Shown here: positions 11,340 through 26,205 of the stretch, piece by piece
Numbering within the stretch: position 1 is the stretch's first letter
Layout: every line of letters starts with the position of its first letter
Assembly: GCF_006345805.1 (NCBI RefSeq)
Contig: NC_043021.1
Span: 28,024,001 to 28,088,000, forward strand
DNA length: 64,000 bases
From: Octopus sinensis
Taxonomy: Eukaryota
Direction: 5' to 3'
The notes under the pieces: model-generated
What the model was told of the DNA's origin: nothing
Databases searched by the model: none
The model's input: only the letters and a program-made list of their open reading frames with translations
Program-made: the position numbers and the translations under genes

Positions 11340-11760
11340 AAGGGTGGTAAGTCAGTTACATCGACTCCCGTAGTTAATTGGCGAAGTCGAACTCAGTGGA
11401 TTTTGAACTCAGAATGTAAAGACGGACGAAATACCTATTTCTATTTCTTTACTACCCTCAAGGGGCTATAGACAAACAAGGACAGACAAACGGATTAAGT
11501 CGATTACATCGACCCCAGTGCGTAACTGGTACTTATTTAATCGACCCCGAAAGGATGAAAGGCAAAGTCGACCTCGGTGGAATTTGAACTCAGAATGTAG
11601 CGGCAGACAAAATACCAATAAGCATTTCGTCCTAACGTTTCTTATTTCTTTATTTCCCACAAGGGGCTAAACATAGAGGAGACAAACAAGGATAGACAAA
11701 CGGATTAAATCGATAACGTCGACACCAGTGCGTAACTGGTACTTATTTTATCGACCCTAT
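11340..11760 (-). mobile_element. Tandem concatemer of about 3 SINE bodies
   Basis: Repeated atttgaactcagaatgta / tcgaccccagtgcgtaactggtacttat / gacaaacaagga modules. Confidence 0.75.
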
Positions 11761-12027
11761 TATTATAAACAAATTTGAACGTTATTTCTACTGACGGGAC
11801 ATAAAGATACCTAAACCAACGTGCACAGATTATATGAACCAAAAAATACAACAAGAAAAGAAGAAAGGAAATGATAATATGCGCGGCATATCTGTGTGGT
11901 TAAGAAGCTTATTTTAGAATTATGTGGTTACGGGTTCAATTCCACTGAAAGGCAGGTTGGGCATATGTCTTCTACGATAGCTCTCTACGAACGAATTTTG
12001 TTGACGGAAAGTGTGTGGAAACCCGTT

Positions 12028-12072
<45 letters not shown>

Positions 12073-12606
12073 TAATCCAAACATGAAAATACAAAAAAAA
12101 AAACACAACAACGCGAGGTCGTTGAACAAATATAGTATTATTGGACGCTCAGGAAAGAAAGAAAGAAGGAGGGTTTAACGTTTCGAGCGGAGCACTTTGT
12201 CGAAATATAGGAGAAAGAAAGATCCAGAGAAGGGAAGACAGAGGGAAAAAAATCGCCAATGGTACACACGCAGTCAGGGTTTCCACACAATCTTTCTATC
12301 TATCTAGTATATATGCGCGCGCACATGCGTGTGCCGGTGTCTATGTCTGTGCTTGTCTCCTTCCAAAATTTGAAAACTTAGCCGGTCGCTCGGGAAGCAA
12401 TGCTGTTAGAATGAGTGCTAGACTTTAAAGAGTATATACTGGGGTGGATTTGTTTCAGTAAGCCTTTCAAGACGGCACCTCAGCTTGGCTTCAGTCCTGT
12501 CACTGAAACAAGCAAAATGAATAAAAAGAAATATCAACTTGTATATAGAATAGCGAACGGTAAACGATCGGAAACGTTACGTTATATTTTACATTAGAGA
12601 TTTAAA

Positions 12607-12800
12607 GGTGGCGAGCTGGCAGAAACGTTAGCGCGCCGGGCGAAATGTTCTGAGTTCAAATTCCGCCAAGGTCGACTTTGCCTTTCATCCTTTCGGGGTC
12701 GATAAATAAAGTACCAATTTTGCAACTGGGGTCATTGTGATTCCTTTGTCCTTGTTTGTCCCCTCTATGTTTAGCTCCTTGTGGGCAGTAAAGAAATATA
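12607..12800 (+). mobile_element. tRNA-derived SINE (ggcggcgagctggcagaa family)
   Basis: ggtggcgagctggcagaaacgttagc head, gagttcaaattcc B-box-like motif, gtcgactttgcctttcatcctttcggggtcgat core. Confidence 0.75.
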
Positions 12801-13155
12801 TATTTTACATTAGAGATTTATGCAAAAGCGGGGGCAAAAAAAAAAAGAAAATAGTAAATTTGCATTTCTATATTATAAAAAGTACGCATTACTTGGGTTC
12901 GAAACTCTGTTCTGTATAATTCTGAGGGAAGAACAATGGGCAGGCAGATAGAGAACTACAAAAAGTTAACTACTTTAATAGATGGAAAACGGTTAAGGAA
13001 AATTGCATGTATTCACGTTTGATACAAAAATTTCATGCAACCATACAAACCATGTTTACCTACCTACATATCACGCCTAACTATTACACCTACCTACCGA
13101 CCTTCATACACACATACATACATACATGTGTGAATATATGTATACATCTATGTAA

Positions 13156-13191
<36 letters not shown>

Positions 13192-13258
13192 TTATGTGTG
13201 CGTGTGTGTGTGCGTATGCACGTACACATTCTTATTTACATGATTTATACAATTACCC

Positions 13259-13303
<45 letters not shown>

Positions 13304-13382
13304 GCATAAATAGCTATCTATCTGTGTGTGTGCGCACATGCATAGTGTGTATGAATGTGTGTGTGTATGTATATATATATAT

Positions 13383-13423
<41 letters not shown>

Positions 13424-14164
13424 ATTGCATGTATACATATCAAAGCGATATTCCGTAAATTGAAGAATAATAGTCAATTATGAAATATTTCTAGAGTTAT
13501 GCTGTCGTGTAACGTACAATCATATTTCCGTGTGTTTTATCGCTCTCGTTGCTAAACTGACATCTGCGATGTGGCTATTTGTCCTGTTACCGAAATCTTT
13601 ACTCTAGATTTGTTTGTCACTCTCTCTTAAACGTCTCAGTCATTTGTCTTTTCTGCTTGCAAGAAAAGCACGCAATTTGAACCGTAATTACGCTGTAGAC
13701 ATCATATATAACTAATGCCACGCAATGCCCGACTGCAAATAACTTGTGTAATGGTTGTTAACTGTTACTCTGAAATACCGGCTTTGTAATTATCGAAAGA
13801 AGCCTTAGACAAGCAGGTCTAAGTGGATTACACTTGAATACACGTAATATTTTACCCGGGTATGAACGAAGGAATGAAAAGAAGGAAGGAAGGAATGAAC
13901 GACTATACGTTTTCATAATCACTTGCAAATTGCACCATTGGAATAGTAATATCATAAACATAACACACTATCAACTTGGCTTAAAGCTATAACGCTGTAC
14001 AGATTTGCACATATTTGCCCTTCAGTCTTCTTTCTTTCTTGTTCGCCTCCCCGGCTTCCAAGCCATCTCCACTTCACTCCTCCATACATCAAGCTATCGA
14101 TCGGTCAAGAATATTTATCGCAGGTTTATTAAGTTCTCCCTGTGACTTCGTCTGGAAGCATTTT

Positions 14165-15005
<841 letters not shown>

Positions 15006-15282
15006 CTGTCTGTCTCTCTGCCTCCATCTATTTCATAGATATTTAAATGTACTAAAGTCTCTCGTTATATAAATATACAAATTCTGCAGTCAATTGGTCA
15101 TCGGTTATGCAAAATTTTTTCCTTAACTTTGGGCCGGATACGAATGCAAAGATATGTGCTAAAAGGAAACTTACTTCAGTAAGAAATTCTTCTCCACCCA
15201 CACACAGTCACATGCACGCGCTTGTTCGTGCATAAACATGCATACACACGGAAATACATACATACGTACATTCCCACACACA

Positions 15283-15331
<49 letters not shown>

Positions 15332-16238
15332 CGTGCGTATGTGTGTGTGTCTGTGTATGTACGTAAACACACACACGCACATAAAAGAGAAATTCTGTTC
15401 GTTTGTGTGTTTGTTTGTCCCATAAAGTGAAAATAAACGGTTCAAAGGAGGCAACACTTGGTGTGCACAAACCTAGGACAGACTGCATTGGGGCAAATAT
15501 TCTCAGTGGTTGCGGTAAACGTGACACCGTCTTCGTTCCTCACGTTCCATTTATATCATCGAAGTTAAGCTCTTAGTTTCCGATCACACTTCCTGAGATT
15601 TAATAAAAGTCAGGACCAAACACTAAAAGTTGCTGGATTGCAACTTGAAGAACAAACAGAAATTCATATATGAAATCCATTTTTTTCTATTTCATGTATT
15701 ATATGTTTTTTTTTTCCTTATATAATACTCACATATAGGACGAGTAAGCATATATCTGGCTGACAGGACACAGTATTCGTAATTTCATTGGGCTATCACA
15801 TACTGTTGCCTCTAATATAGCGTCGGAATTTCAGCACTAACACTGACTGGATACAGCATCTGTAATTTCATTTCACTATTTCTTGCTCTATTTCTAATCA
15901 CAAAAAAGAGCTCTACTAAAAACTCGTAAAAAAAAATAATAAAAGATCACCAAACAAACGCACGACGTGCAATGATTTTTCTATATGAGCAGTGATGTTC
16001 AACTTGAACGGCAGCCTTTCTAATGCCCTTGCAGTCAACTGGATCCTGTAAAGCTATTTTTCTATAAGATATAGCCACTTTTCTAGCTTCTGGGCCCGAG
16101 TAAAAGGAATTACCCGATCAACGACGAATATTACTGCTAGTATGTGTGTATACACACACACACACACACACACAGACACACACACAGACACACACACACA
16201 CACACACACAGACACACACACACACACACACACACACA

Positions 16239-16303
<65 letters not shown>

Positions 16304-16429
16304 TATATATATACATATATACAAGGTGTAAAGTAAAGATACTGAATATTCAGTATACACCATGTGGCAAAATTATGAGTTGAAAATATGTGGAAAAAAT
16401 ATATAAAAAATTATTTTTCCACATATTTT

Positions 16430-16477
<48 letters not shown>

Positions 16478-17143
16478 ATATAATCTTTTAAATTCGGAGA
16501 ACAAGAGAAGAAGAATAAGAATGGAGAATATCGCATCTTCGATTTAAATCACATGACCGACCTTCGATATGGCGAAGAAAAGGTGTAAAATTGCAGTCAA
16601 ATTAATATATATGAAAATATCTGTTATCAAGGCAATACAAAACGGGTTAAATTGAAAGTGAATTAAGAAAATATCTCGAATAGATGAACGTTAAGAAGTA
16701 ATATCATTTTCTAAGAAGAGCTAGTTTTCTATTTAACTTTTGTCAGTCGATAACAAAAGAATGAAAAAGAAAGATGGAAATACTGAGTCACGACAAGCAG
16801 AAACAGAAATTCTCCATCACGACGATTAGTCATCTGTCTATTAAATCTGCTAAAAAGATTTTAAAGAAAAATTATGCATATTAGATTACAGGAAAAGTAA
16901 TAATTAACAAATTATTTATTATTGAAATATTTAAATGCTTTTCTATTTTTATCAGAGAATTTCAATGTAAAATTATTTCTACAGTTTCATAATACTACTT
17001 AAGAAGTAATTATGTATTATATTTCCTTAAAGCCTTTAAAATTACCAGTATTGTACTAATAATGGACCACTTCATATCATAGCTTTCCGTTTAAATCCAA
17101 AATGCATTTAGTATGAATCGTAGAATTACGTACATTGTCTATC

Positions 17144-17193
<50 letters not shown>

Positions 17194-17389
17194 CAGATAG
17201 CGTCTCACCACTAGCATATAATTTGGAGCGAACATGAAGTGTTCATCTGGTAAATCGTGAAGCATGTTACGTCAACGTGAAATGAAGTGCTTTGCTCAAG
17301 AACACAACGCAACGCCCTGTCTGGGAATCGAACCCACGGTCTCCTAATCGTGAGTGCAACACCCTAACCACTAAGCTATGCGCATTCAC

Positions 17390-17422
<33 letters not shown>

Positions 17423-17454
17423 ATATCTCTTATATATATGTATATATATTAAGA

Positions 17455-17900
17455 GGCAGTGGAAGAAGAGGGAGAGGAGGAAGAAGAAGGAGAAGAAGAA
17501 GGAGGAAGAAGAAGAAGAAGAAGAAGAAGAAGAAGAAGGGCAGAGGACGAGAAAGAAGAGAGGGAAGAAGACGTACAAGACGAGAAAAAAGAGGAATAAG
17601 AGGTGGAGGAGGAAGAGGAGATGGAAGTGGAGAAAAAAGGAAGGGAAGGATGAAGGGGAAGCGGGGGAAGGTGGAGAGAGTAATGGTGATGGTGATGACG
17701 AAACGTCACGGACAATTATAATATAGGCGTCTTTTACGCCTATGATGCGGATGATAGTTGCGCTGAAGATGATGATAATCTTAACGACGAGGATGATGAT
17801 AGTAAAGGAGGAGGGGGATGACGACGACGGCGATAAGGACGACGAAGGCAACGATTTTGACGATGACGAAGACAACGTCAACTACGATTTTGACGACATT
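17455..17900. repeat. Low-complexity GAA/GGA/GAT/GAC trinucleotide tract
   Basis: Direct inspection. Confidence 0.9.
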
Positions 17901-18259
17901 GACAATATCTGTTGATGACTGATCGAGGCATTTAATATTGACATTAGTCAACAACTGTGAAATGTAATGTATTGTAATACAAGGAATATATTGAATCGAC
18001 GTCTCACTCTGCGAGTAACAAACTTTATCGTCCACAGAAGGATAAAATACAAAATGAGATGTCGTTGAAAATCATTTCAGAATATCATATCTCTTGAGCA
18101 GAGACTATTTCCTAATTACATTGTGGCAAATATAGTGAAAATGGTATAATAACCAGACAATGTGAAGTTATGAATTTTATGAATTTTATTCAATATTTGT
18201 ATATTAGATAAATGCATACAAAGCTTATCACCCTGTCTTTGTCTTCCAATCTGTCTCTG

Positions 18260-18339
<80 letters not shown>

Positions 18340-18899
18340 AGGTACACATGTGTACGTACAAGCATACCTATATATGCGAATCAATAAATATCTAACGAAT
18401 AGCACTATTCTTTAAAGCAACTCACCTTGTTTATGTTTACCGAAATTACTGTGGTGAAAGCAATGTGGAAATATAAACTACATGTACCTATATTGGAAGA
18501 CACATACGCATATATAATATATATATACATGTATATATATATATGTGTGTGTGTGTGTATTTGCCTCTATGTGCATATATATATATGTATGTTCATATAT
18601 GTGCATATATATATATATGTATATATATATATATGTGCATATATATGTATATATATATGTATATATATATATATATATATGTATATATGCACATATATAT
18701 ATATATATACATATACGTGTATGCGTATGTGTATAATTATGCATATGTAAATATATGACACTGGAAAGAAAGCTCTGTTGCATTTTTCACTTGATCAATT
18801 CTGTGGCTAGTCTTTCAATACTTAGCATAAATATTTACATTCTAATGTTCTTCTTACTTTCGTTAGAGATTACTTCACGTCGTAGCGTTTAAATTCGTG

Positions 18900-19880
18900 T
18901 TGATTTTACCCTTTAAACTGGATTTGGACTGAGAGCCAAATCAGTCATCGCAAGCGATAGGATTTCTAATCAGTCTTCAACAATTAAATCCGCAAGAAAT
19001 ATTTGTGCTGTCTAAGGGACTGAATCTTTAAGTGTTCGGGAATTCCAACAATTTTGTTTCTTTTTACAAATTCACTTGAATCTGGTTGGCTGTATTCTGT
19101 AAATATGGAGCTTCTGAAAACCGTGGTTGAAGAAAATGCAAAGCAAACTGCACCAGAAATAGCGAAACAGTTCAATTCAAGTCATATTTTTACGGAATAG
19201 GAAAACTATTTAAACGTGGTTTATGGTTTTTTCATGATATCAACTAAATCGCAGTTGCCCTCTGCTCGTCGTCGAAGAGTAGACTTGTGCTGAATCTTTC
19301 TTGCGTAGAACCATTCCAACTGGTGTAAAGTGCGTTCTTTATAGTTATATCCAACGAAAGCGACAAAACTTAACAGCCAACAAAAAGTAGAGTCCATCTT
19401 AAAACTAGCGCTTCTCACAAGAGTAGTTATGGTCTGTATTTTTGGTAGGATATGAAAGGTGTCTATCGTGAAGTGTTAAACTAAAATTAAACAGTAAATG
19501 CGCAGCAGTTTTGCCGTCAATTGCAAGCGCAGCGCAAAAACTTTGCAGAAAAGCGCTCATCATTGGTCAGTCCCAGAGGTGTGTTGCTATCATACGATAA
19601 TGCAAGACTACGTATTGTGCAAGGCACGTGGGAAAGGATTATGGGACTAAAGATGAAATTCCTCTTACTTTCGTGATTTTGCTCCATCTGACTTTTCAAA
19701 TCGTTGCAACATTATTTAGAAGAATACGATTTATTAATTTTGAAGAGGTTAAAATTGGGAGGTTTTTTTACACTGAAACCTGAAGTGTTTTATGCCCAAG
19801 GGAACAACAGTTTGTCAAATAGATGGGAATACTTTATCAATATGTCGGAGCTGTATTATTTTGATTAAATATATTAATTA
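18900..19880 (+). pseudogene. Degenerate mariner transposase
   Basis: Piecewise translation: LLKTVVEENAKQTAPEIAKQF, DMKGVYRE, GVLLSYDNAR, DFAPSDF, FYAQGNNSLSNRWE; many stops and frameshifts; ends approximate. Confidence 0.75.
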
Positions 19881-21182
19881 AGATCAAAGAAGCATTTGTT
19901 TCTTTCCCATCTTCTGATGCAAACGGGTTATACTTCTAAAATTGGATGCTGCGTGGTTGAACTGATGATTAATATTTCATCCTCAACAAATATAAAAATA
20001 ATGGGTAATTGTAATTGACAAAATCATAACACAAACAATGTTAACTGTCAGGCTACTTACACGTAAAACAACAAACAAAACAGAATAGACTACATGAGTT
20101 TGACAGCGAATAATCTTAAAACACGATATATTCAACATAGTTATGCATGAAGGAACAACGAAGGCGATTAAACGTATGTATAACGAAATATATAAAGTTC
20201 TCCAAACGTATCAGCATAACTTGCAATATCAGCTGAAATTTTTTAAACAAAGGAAAACCTTATACACATGCAATCCTTAGTGTAGTTTATCCACATTATA
20301 CAAATATTAAATTTCGAAAAAAATTTAAAAGCATCACCTTTTCCCCAGTCTACATTTATTCTACCTAATTTCACTGGGCCAGAATAATATTATCTGCATC
20401 TCTCCACCTCATACATGGTTTCTTAATTTACTCATCTAGATTGTGGTTTCATAGTCGTTGTGGAAATCGTGATGTATCCGCTGCCATCAATGTTCTTTGT
20501 CAGGTAGTAAGGCTACCATACCCTATCACGCTGTATCTGTCTTAAATACGCGGCACAGGCACGGAGAACAACATTTCATCTCATGCTTTCTTGTGAGAGA
20601 TGGTACCCACGGCATGATGAGGAATAAACACAACAGCATCTCTGTATCAAACTCGGTGCACTCCGATATACAGTTTGTGCTTGGGCCTGAAACCCTGATG
20701 GTATCCTGTCTAGCACCACGTTTAATCATAGATGATTGCTTTCCAGCTGTATGGCTCGGCTCGGTCAGGAACACGTGATTGTCAGATTTGAGCCTGATAA
20801 CTTTTATTCGATCTGATAGATGACTCAGTCATTGCAGTAATACGTCCAGTGATGCCGAGCCAACATCACATCTTCACGTGGTTTTGACCAGCAAGTGAAA
20901 CAGTTTATCACAGTATGGCGTTTACGCCACATCTGAGAAAATTTTCGTAGATAGATGGAGATCAGTGATAACCGTCCTCCCTGTCAATTAGGGAAAGAAG
21001 CATGATAGCCATCAAAGACAATGCCTCTTCCTAGAGCTTATTTTACATCACATATATATGTACATGTTTTTGCGTATGTGTCTAAATGAAAGTGTGTGAG
21101 GATATAAGCATTCATATATATGTGTGTCTGTGCATGTGTATTTACATATATATGTGTATATGTATATGCATATATATATATT

Positions 21183-21219
<37 letters not shown>

Positions 21220-22088
21220 ATATATATATAACATATATATATATCCATAAACATGCAGTACTTAAGCCATAAATATAGATGCCTTGCAATATATATATAT
21301 ATAGCTGTGCCTGTGTCTCTGTGTACCTGTGTGTTTTATGTGGTGTCCGTTTTGGGGCTGAGTCTGTTGCTTTGCGTGTTTATGTTCATCTCTATATACA
21401 TATAGCAATACACATCCTAATAATACATGTATACACAGGCGTATTATACGTAAACATATAAATGTAAATATATGCATATACGCACATGCATAATGATATG
21501 TAAGTATGTATATTATTTGCGGAATCTTTTTTACAAACTGCTAATTTTTCGAAGCTCCACTGATATTTTCTACTCAATTAACCAATAGCATGATCAATGA
21601 ATGGAAATACTCTTTACAAGAACTGGAATTTGTCATCCGGAAATTTGATGCCAGTACCAAAGTTTGTGAAGCAGATGTATCTAGATCAAGAGCGAATTGA
21701 ATAATCACAAAACGATTGTGATATAGCACGGACTAAAAACGCAGTGGTCCATTCGCCAAAGTAAAAGAACCGTGGTAAAAGGCGTGTGGTATAATTGGCA
21801 CATCAAAAGCATAAACAGCGTGCTGTTATGCCTTATACATGAACTGGAATTTTATCCTACGCCCATAAATATACACACATTGGAGAGAAGAGTCAAACAT
21901 ATACTCTCTCCTCGGGTCATAATAACACTTAAGTATGTATTATGTTTTCTCCAGTTCAAGCCGCAATAATTGAAATATTAGATATCTAGTGACAAAAAAC
22001 AATATCGCAGAAATTATCGATTCATCTCCCTCTCCCTTTTCTCTCTCTTTCTCTCTCTCTCTCCTTTCCCCTCCCTCTCTCCTTCCGC

Positions 22089-22129
<41 letters not shown>

Positions 22130-22199
22130 GTATGGCTTTTAAAGAATCTTACCTTTTGGGATGGATCTTCGTTGAATCTATAAACAGGATAATGATAAA

Positions 22200-22695
22200 G
22201 TTCCTTCGCAAGCCATATGAACGCATAGGGACGGTTTCCCGGTTTCCATGGACAGGACGCTGGTCCATCATAGGATTACTCATTTTTGCCAGCTGAGGGG
22301 ACTGCAGCAGCGTGGAAAGTGTTTTGCTCAAGAACACAACGCGTAACCTGGTCTAGAAATCGAAACCACATCATCATCATTGTTCGACCGTGGTCGAGAC
22401 AATGGAATTTACTATGTTATGCCAGACTTCACGGTCCATCATAGCATTACGGAGGTCCAGTTGCTGGATGCTTGTATCCCTGGAGATTACATCAGGGTGG
22501 GAGAGTGTGCGCCCTCTGGTATCGCGAGCAGATGGCTTCCTCGTTTTCAGCTCTACAACAATGTCCAGCAAACTGGACTCTTCTACCTTTCACAAGAGAT
22601 GATACAGGTGCTAGTTTCCCATATATGTGTACTTTGGTTGGATGACACTTCCACAATCTTACGGTCATGAGTCCAATACCCTGACTACTAAGCTA
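22200..22695 (-). mobile_element. SINE interrupted by an RTE-like LINE 3' fragment
   Basis: SINE halves join at gaaaccaca|atcttacggtcatgag; the insert lies between. Confidence 0.7.
22371..22650 (-). mobile_element. RTE-like LINE 3' end
   Basis: RGRTLSHPDVISRDT...LRNAMMDREVWHNIV C-terminus followed by (TGA)n tail; ccaca direct repeat at 22366-22370 and 22651-22655. Confidence 0.65.
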
Positions 22696-23029
22696 CAAGC
22701 CTTCACGATGACTCTGTACTAAAAAAAATTAATCCCTTTATACTAACGATAATTGATAAGAAAAAAATGTGAATTTCCAAAATGGTGTCGCACTCCTTGT
22801 CACTTCTTAAGTTGATTAACAAATTATACAAGTGCAAACGAGCTAAAACTCTGTTAACTTAGCTTCAGCTAATAAACATTCCTGCGTGGGCAGGAAGCTC
22901 GCTTTGCAACCATGCAGTTCAGGGTTCAGTCACGGTGCTTGAAACCTTGGGCGAGTGTCTGTTACAATAGCATTGGTTAGGCGAATATCTTGTGAGTGAA
23001 CTTCCCAGACGGAAACTGTGTACAAGCTC

Positions 23030-23113
<84 letters not shown>

Positions 23114-23124
23114 TAGAAATATAT

Positions 23125-23173
<49 letters not shown>

Positions 23174-23201
23174 TATGATATGTATATATATATATATATA
23201 T

Positions 23202-23280
<79 letters not shown>

Positions 23281-23671
23281 CTAGCAGTATCTCCCGGCGT
23301 TGCTCGGGTTTTGTTTCGACCCGCTGGAATTGGAATTTTTGAAAAGTAAAACTTTTGCATTATAGCTTGTTATTCTCTTCAAGTGAACATTTTTTTGGTT
23401 AAAATACACCGAAAAGTGGCGACACAGCAGTCAAAAAATCGTTAAAAAATAGGGATTTTCATAGAAAAAAGCACCTTTTTGATGTAAATAATTTTTGGTG
23501 TTAACATGGTCCTATTTGAATTTTATCTTCTACGGAAGGAAGAGCAACCCTTCTTCTATCATACTCTCAATTTTGGTCAACTTGCGCCGCAGGGTCTCGG
23601 AGGAGATAGTGTTAGTTGAAGGCTACCAAACCTGGTGCACACAGGCAACTTCAGCTTTATATAGAGTGAGA
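23281..23671 (-). mobile_element. Non-autonomous Helitron (different body, same 3' end as 3729/54631)
   Basis: Minus strand A|TCTCACTCTATATAAAG...cccgagcaacgccgggagatactgCTAG|T. Confidence 0.8.
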
Positions 23672-23797
23672 TAACACACACACATTAATACACATACATA
23701 CACACACATGTATGTATGGACGTATGTATGTATCGATGTATGTATGTATATATGTACATCTGTCCACTTCTTGCCATGTTTTTATCCTTCACTTCCT

Positions 23798-23829
<32 letters not shown>

Positions 23830-23844
23830 ACACTCACAGACACA

Positions 23845-23892
<48 letters not shown>

Positions 23893-23929
23893 TCTTAGCT
23901 TAAAATTTCTTTCTGTCAACAATTGACAA

Positions 23930-24959
23930 CTGAAGTACGCTCGCAAATTAATACTACGAAAACTTAGCGACAGAAAGTAAATTAAAAACCAATTTACCGT
24001 TTCTGTTGAGTTATCATGGCAATTCGACCGTCTGATTTCCTTAAATCCGTTTCTTTTCTTCAACTGAATTTAGTTCCTATCGTTTCTTAAAGTCCTTTGT
24101 GAAATCTAGGAGTGTTTTTGTTTGTTATTTCTCAAGAAAGTTTTGTTTCCTCGACACTAAAAACTAACGGGAAGTAGACAACAGTCCCAGTACAATTGGT
24201 GTAATACTGTAACTCATAATGTCAGCGGCTATAGCATCTACTCACCATATGTCAGTGAATTGTTGCTGTGTGTTTGCAAATGTATTCGAATGAGAAAGTG
24301 AATTGTTTGACGCCTTTTTTACTAATAACAAACACACACGTGTGTGTGTGTGTTTGAGTGTTTGTATGTAGTTGTTTGAAACGTTTGTGCTTGTCACCGT
24401 CATATATGTATATGTTTGCGTGTCTATGTGTGAAAAGAGAAAGTAGGAGAAAGTGTGGTAATAGAAGGAGTAAAGCATTTGAAGTGAGAGAGGGAAATCG
24501 TAAAATATTGAGTTTTCTCGAATTTTTGCTTAATTGGGGGTCAAATTGAAAGAAATTATATGCCATGACCCAATCGAATCTACTTCGAAAAATCATAGGT
24601 AAATTCCAATTGAAGAAATTGTGTGAGGAGTAAATCGTTATGTATTTATTTGTTTCTGTTTCCTCTGTATTTTTTTTGAGTAGTGGTTTAAGGTACACTT
24701 GCAAAGAGAAAGTAGGAGAAAGTGTGGTAATAGAAGGAGTGAAGCACTTGAAATGAGAGAGGCAAATCGTAGAATATTTAGTTCTCTTGAATTTTTGCTT
24801 AATTGGGGGTCAAATTGAAAAAAAATTATATGCCATGACCCAATCGAATCTACTTCGAAAAATCATAGGTAAATTCCAATTGAAGAAATTCTATATTGTA
24901 CAATTGTATTAAAAAGAAACATAGTCACAGGCAGAGAAAATCTGCCTTTTATCATAAGA
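23930..24959 (-). mobile_element. Helitron-like element, family 2
   Basis: Homologous to 53513-54386 (TCTTAT.ATAAAAGGCAG start, shared aacacgtgtgtgtttgttattagtaaaaaaggcg block, gcgagc...TCAG end); about 190-bp block duplicated at about 24435 and 24705. Confidence 0.55.
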
Positions 24960-24960
24960 T

Positions 24961-24993
<33 letters not shown>

Positions 24994-25329
24994 TAGTATG
25001 TAGGTATGTATATATGTTTGTGTGGATGCATATGTTAGTATTTCTCAACGCCTGCCCACCTCACCACTTGGAAATGGGTGTTTGTTTGGTCCTTGTAACT
25101 TACTGGTTCGGAAAGAGTGACCTAGGGAATAACGAGCAGATTTTAAAATGGGTATTGGAGTCCGACGATGATTTTTCTGGGTCTGTTTTTAGGGCTCGTA
25201 TTTTGAAAAACCGCTTGATTCGGCCCCACGAGCCGAATCAATTACCTGAGCGCTTGATGAGTTAGGTTCCTGTCATGAACCTAGAAAACTGTAAGTTGCA
25301 TAGGGCCGATGCAAAGAGTTTTTAAATCC

Positions 25330-25366
<37 letters not shown>

Positions 25367-25521
25367 AAAGGATATATGTTAGCATGCGTTTAACGATGCA
25401 AGTATATTCTTATATATATACACGCATTATATTTACGCACACACACACATATATTTATTTATATAATGTGTGTATATACATAAACATATACCTGCATAGT
25501 TAAATGTATGCTTACGTATGC

Positions 25522-25570
<49 letters not shown>

Positions 25571-25807
25571 TATATATATAATAGAAATATTAAAATTACT
25601 AATCTCTCTAAAAGAGATTACGGCAGCGTTACTGGAAATTAAATGTTATCGCCATATTAATATAGCAGTCTTATAGATATAAGACTAAAGCTGTCGCTGA
25701 TTAGCTCCATGAGGCCATCGCCTTAAGCTAGCTATTTGACACACAAACTGTGTCCATTATAACCTTCGAACAAGGGAGGTCAGCCGCTTCACACTGCCAG
25801 TCAGACA

Positions 25808-25850
25808 GCTACATACGCGTTTCAGGGTATTTGCCCTTTGTCAATGTAGC
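25808..25850 (-). ncRNA. Decayed hammerhead ribozyme (C3U, G8A)
   Basis: gctaca TTGACAA aggg-caaata-ccct GAAAC GC GTA tgtagc; all three stems pair but two core positions are mutated. Confidence 0.55.
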
Positions 25851-26148
25851 GTAGTCAGACCCAGCAGGTGTCGCCACTGATCGTCTCTGTTCGAAGGTTT
25901 TATTTACCTAGTTTCGGCAGGGGGTGGTGATCCCTGCTGTACTCTTTCTCTCACTCTTTCATCTGTTGGCCTGCTCGCTTAGCCAGCGGGGTGGCGTCAT
26001 TCAAAGGCTAAAACAATGCGAACGCGTTGTGACCAGCGATGTGTAGCAACATCTGATGGTCTGGTCGGTCACGTGATCACGTGATATATATATATGTATA
26101 CATATATATGTATACATATATGTATATATGTATATATATATGTATATA

Positions 26149-26205
<57 letters not shown>

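Noticed and set aside
12161-12210. Minus-strand HHR-like remnant (tcgacaa...gctc GAAAC GTTA)
   Set aside because: Core and stem I are too degenerate to call.
16383-16429. 16-bp hairpin aaaatatgtggaaaaa / tttttccacatatttt
   Set aside because: Short, AT-rich and isolated; no element or function can be supported.
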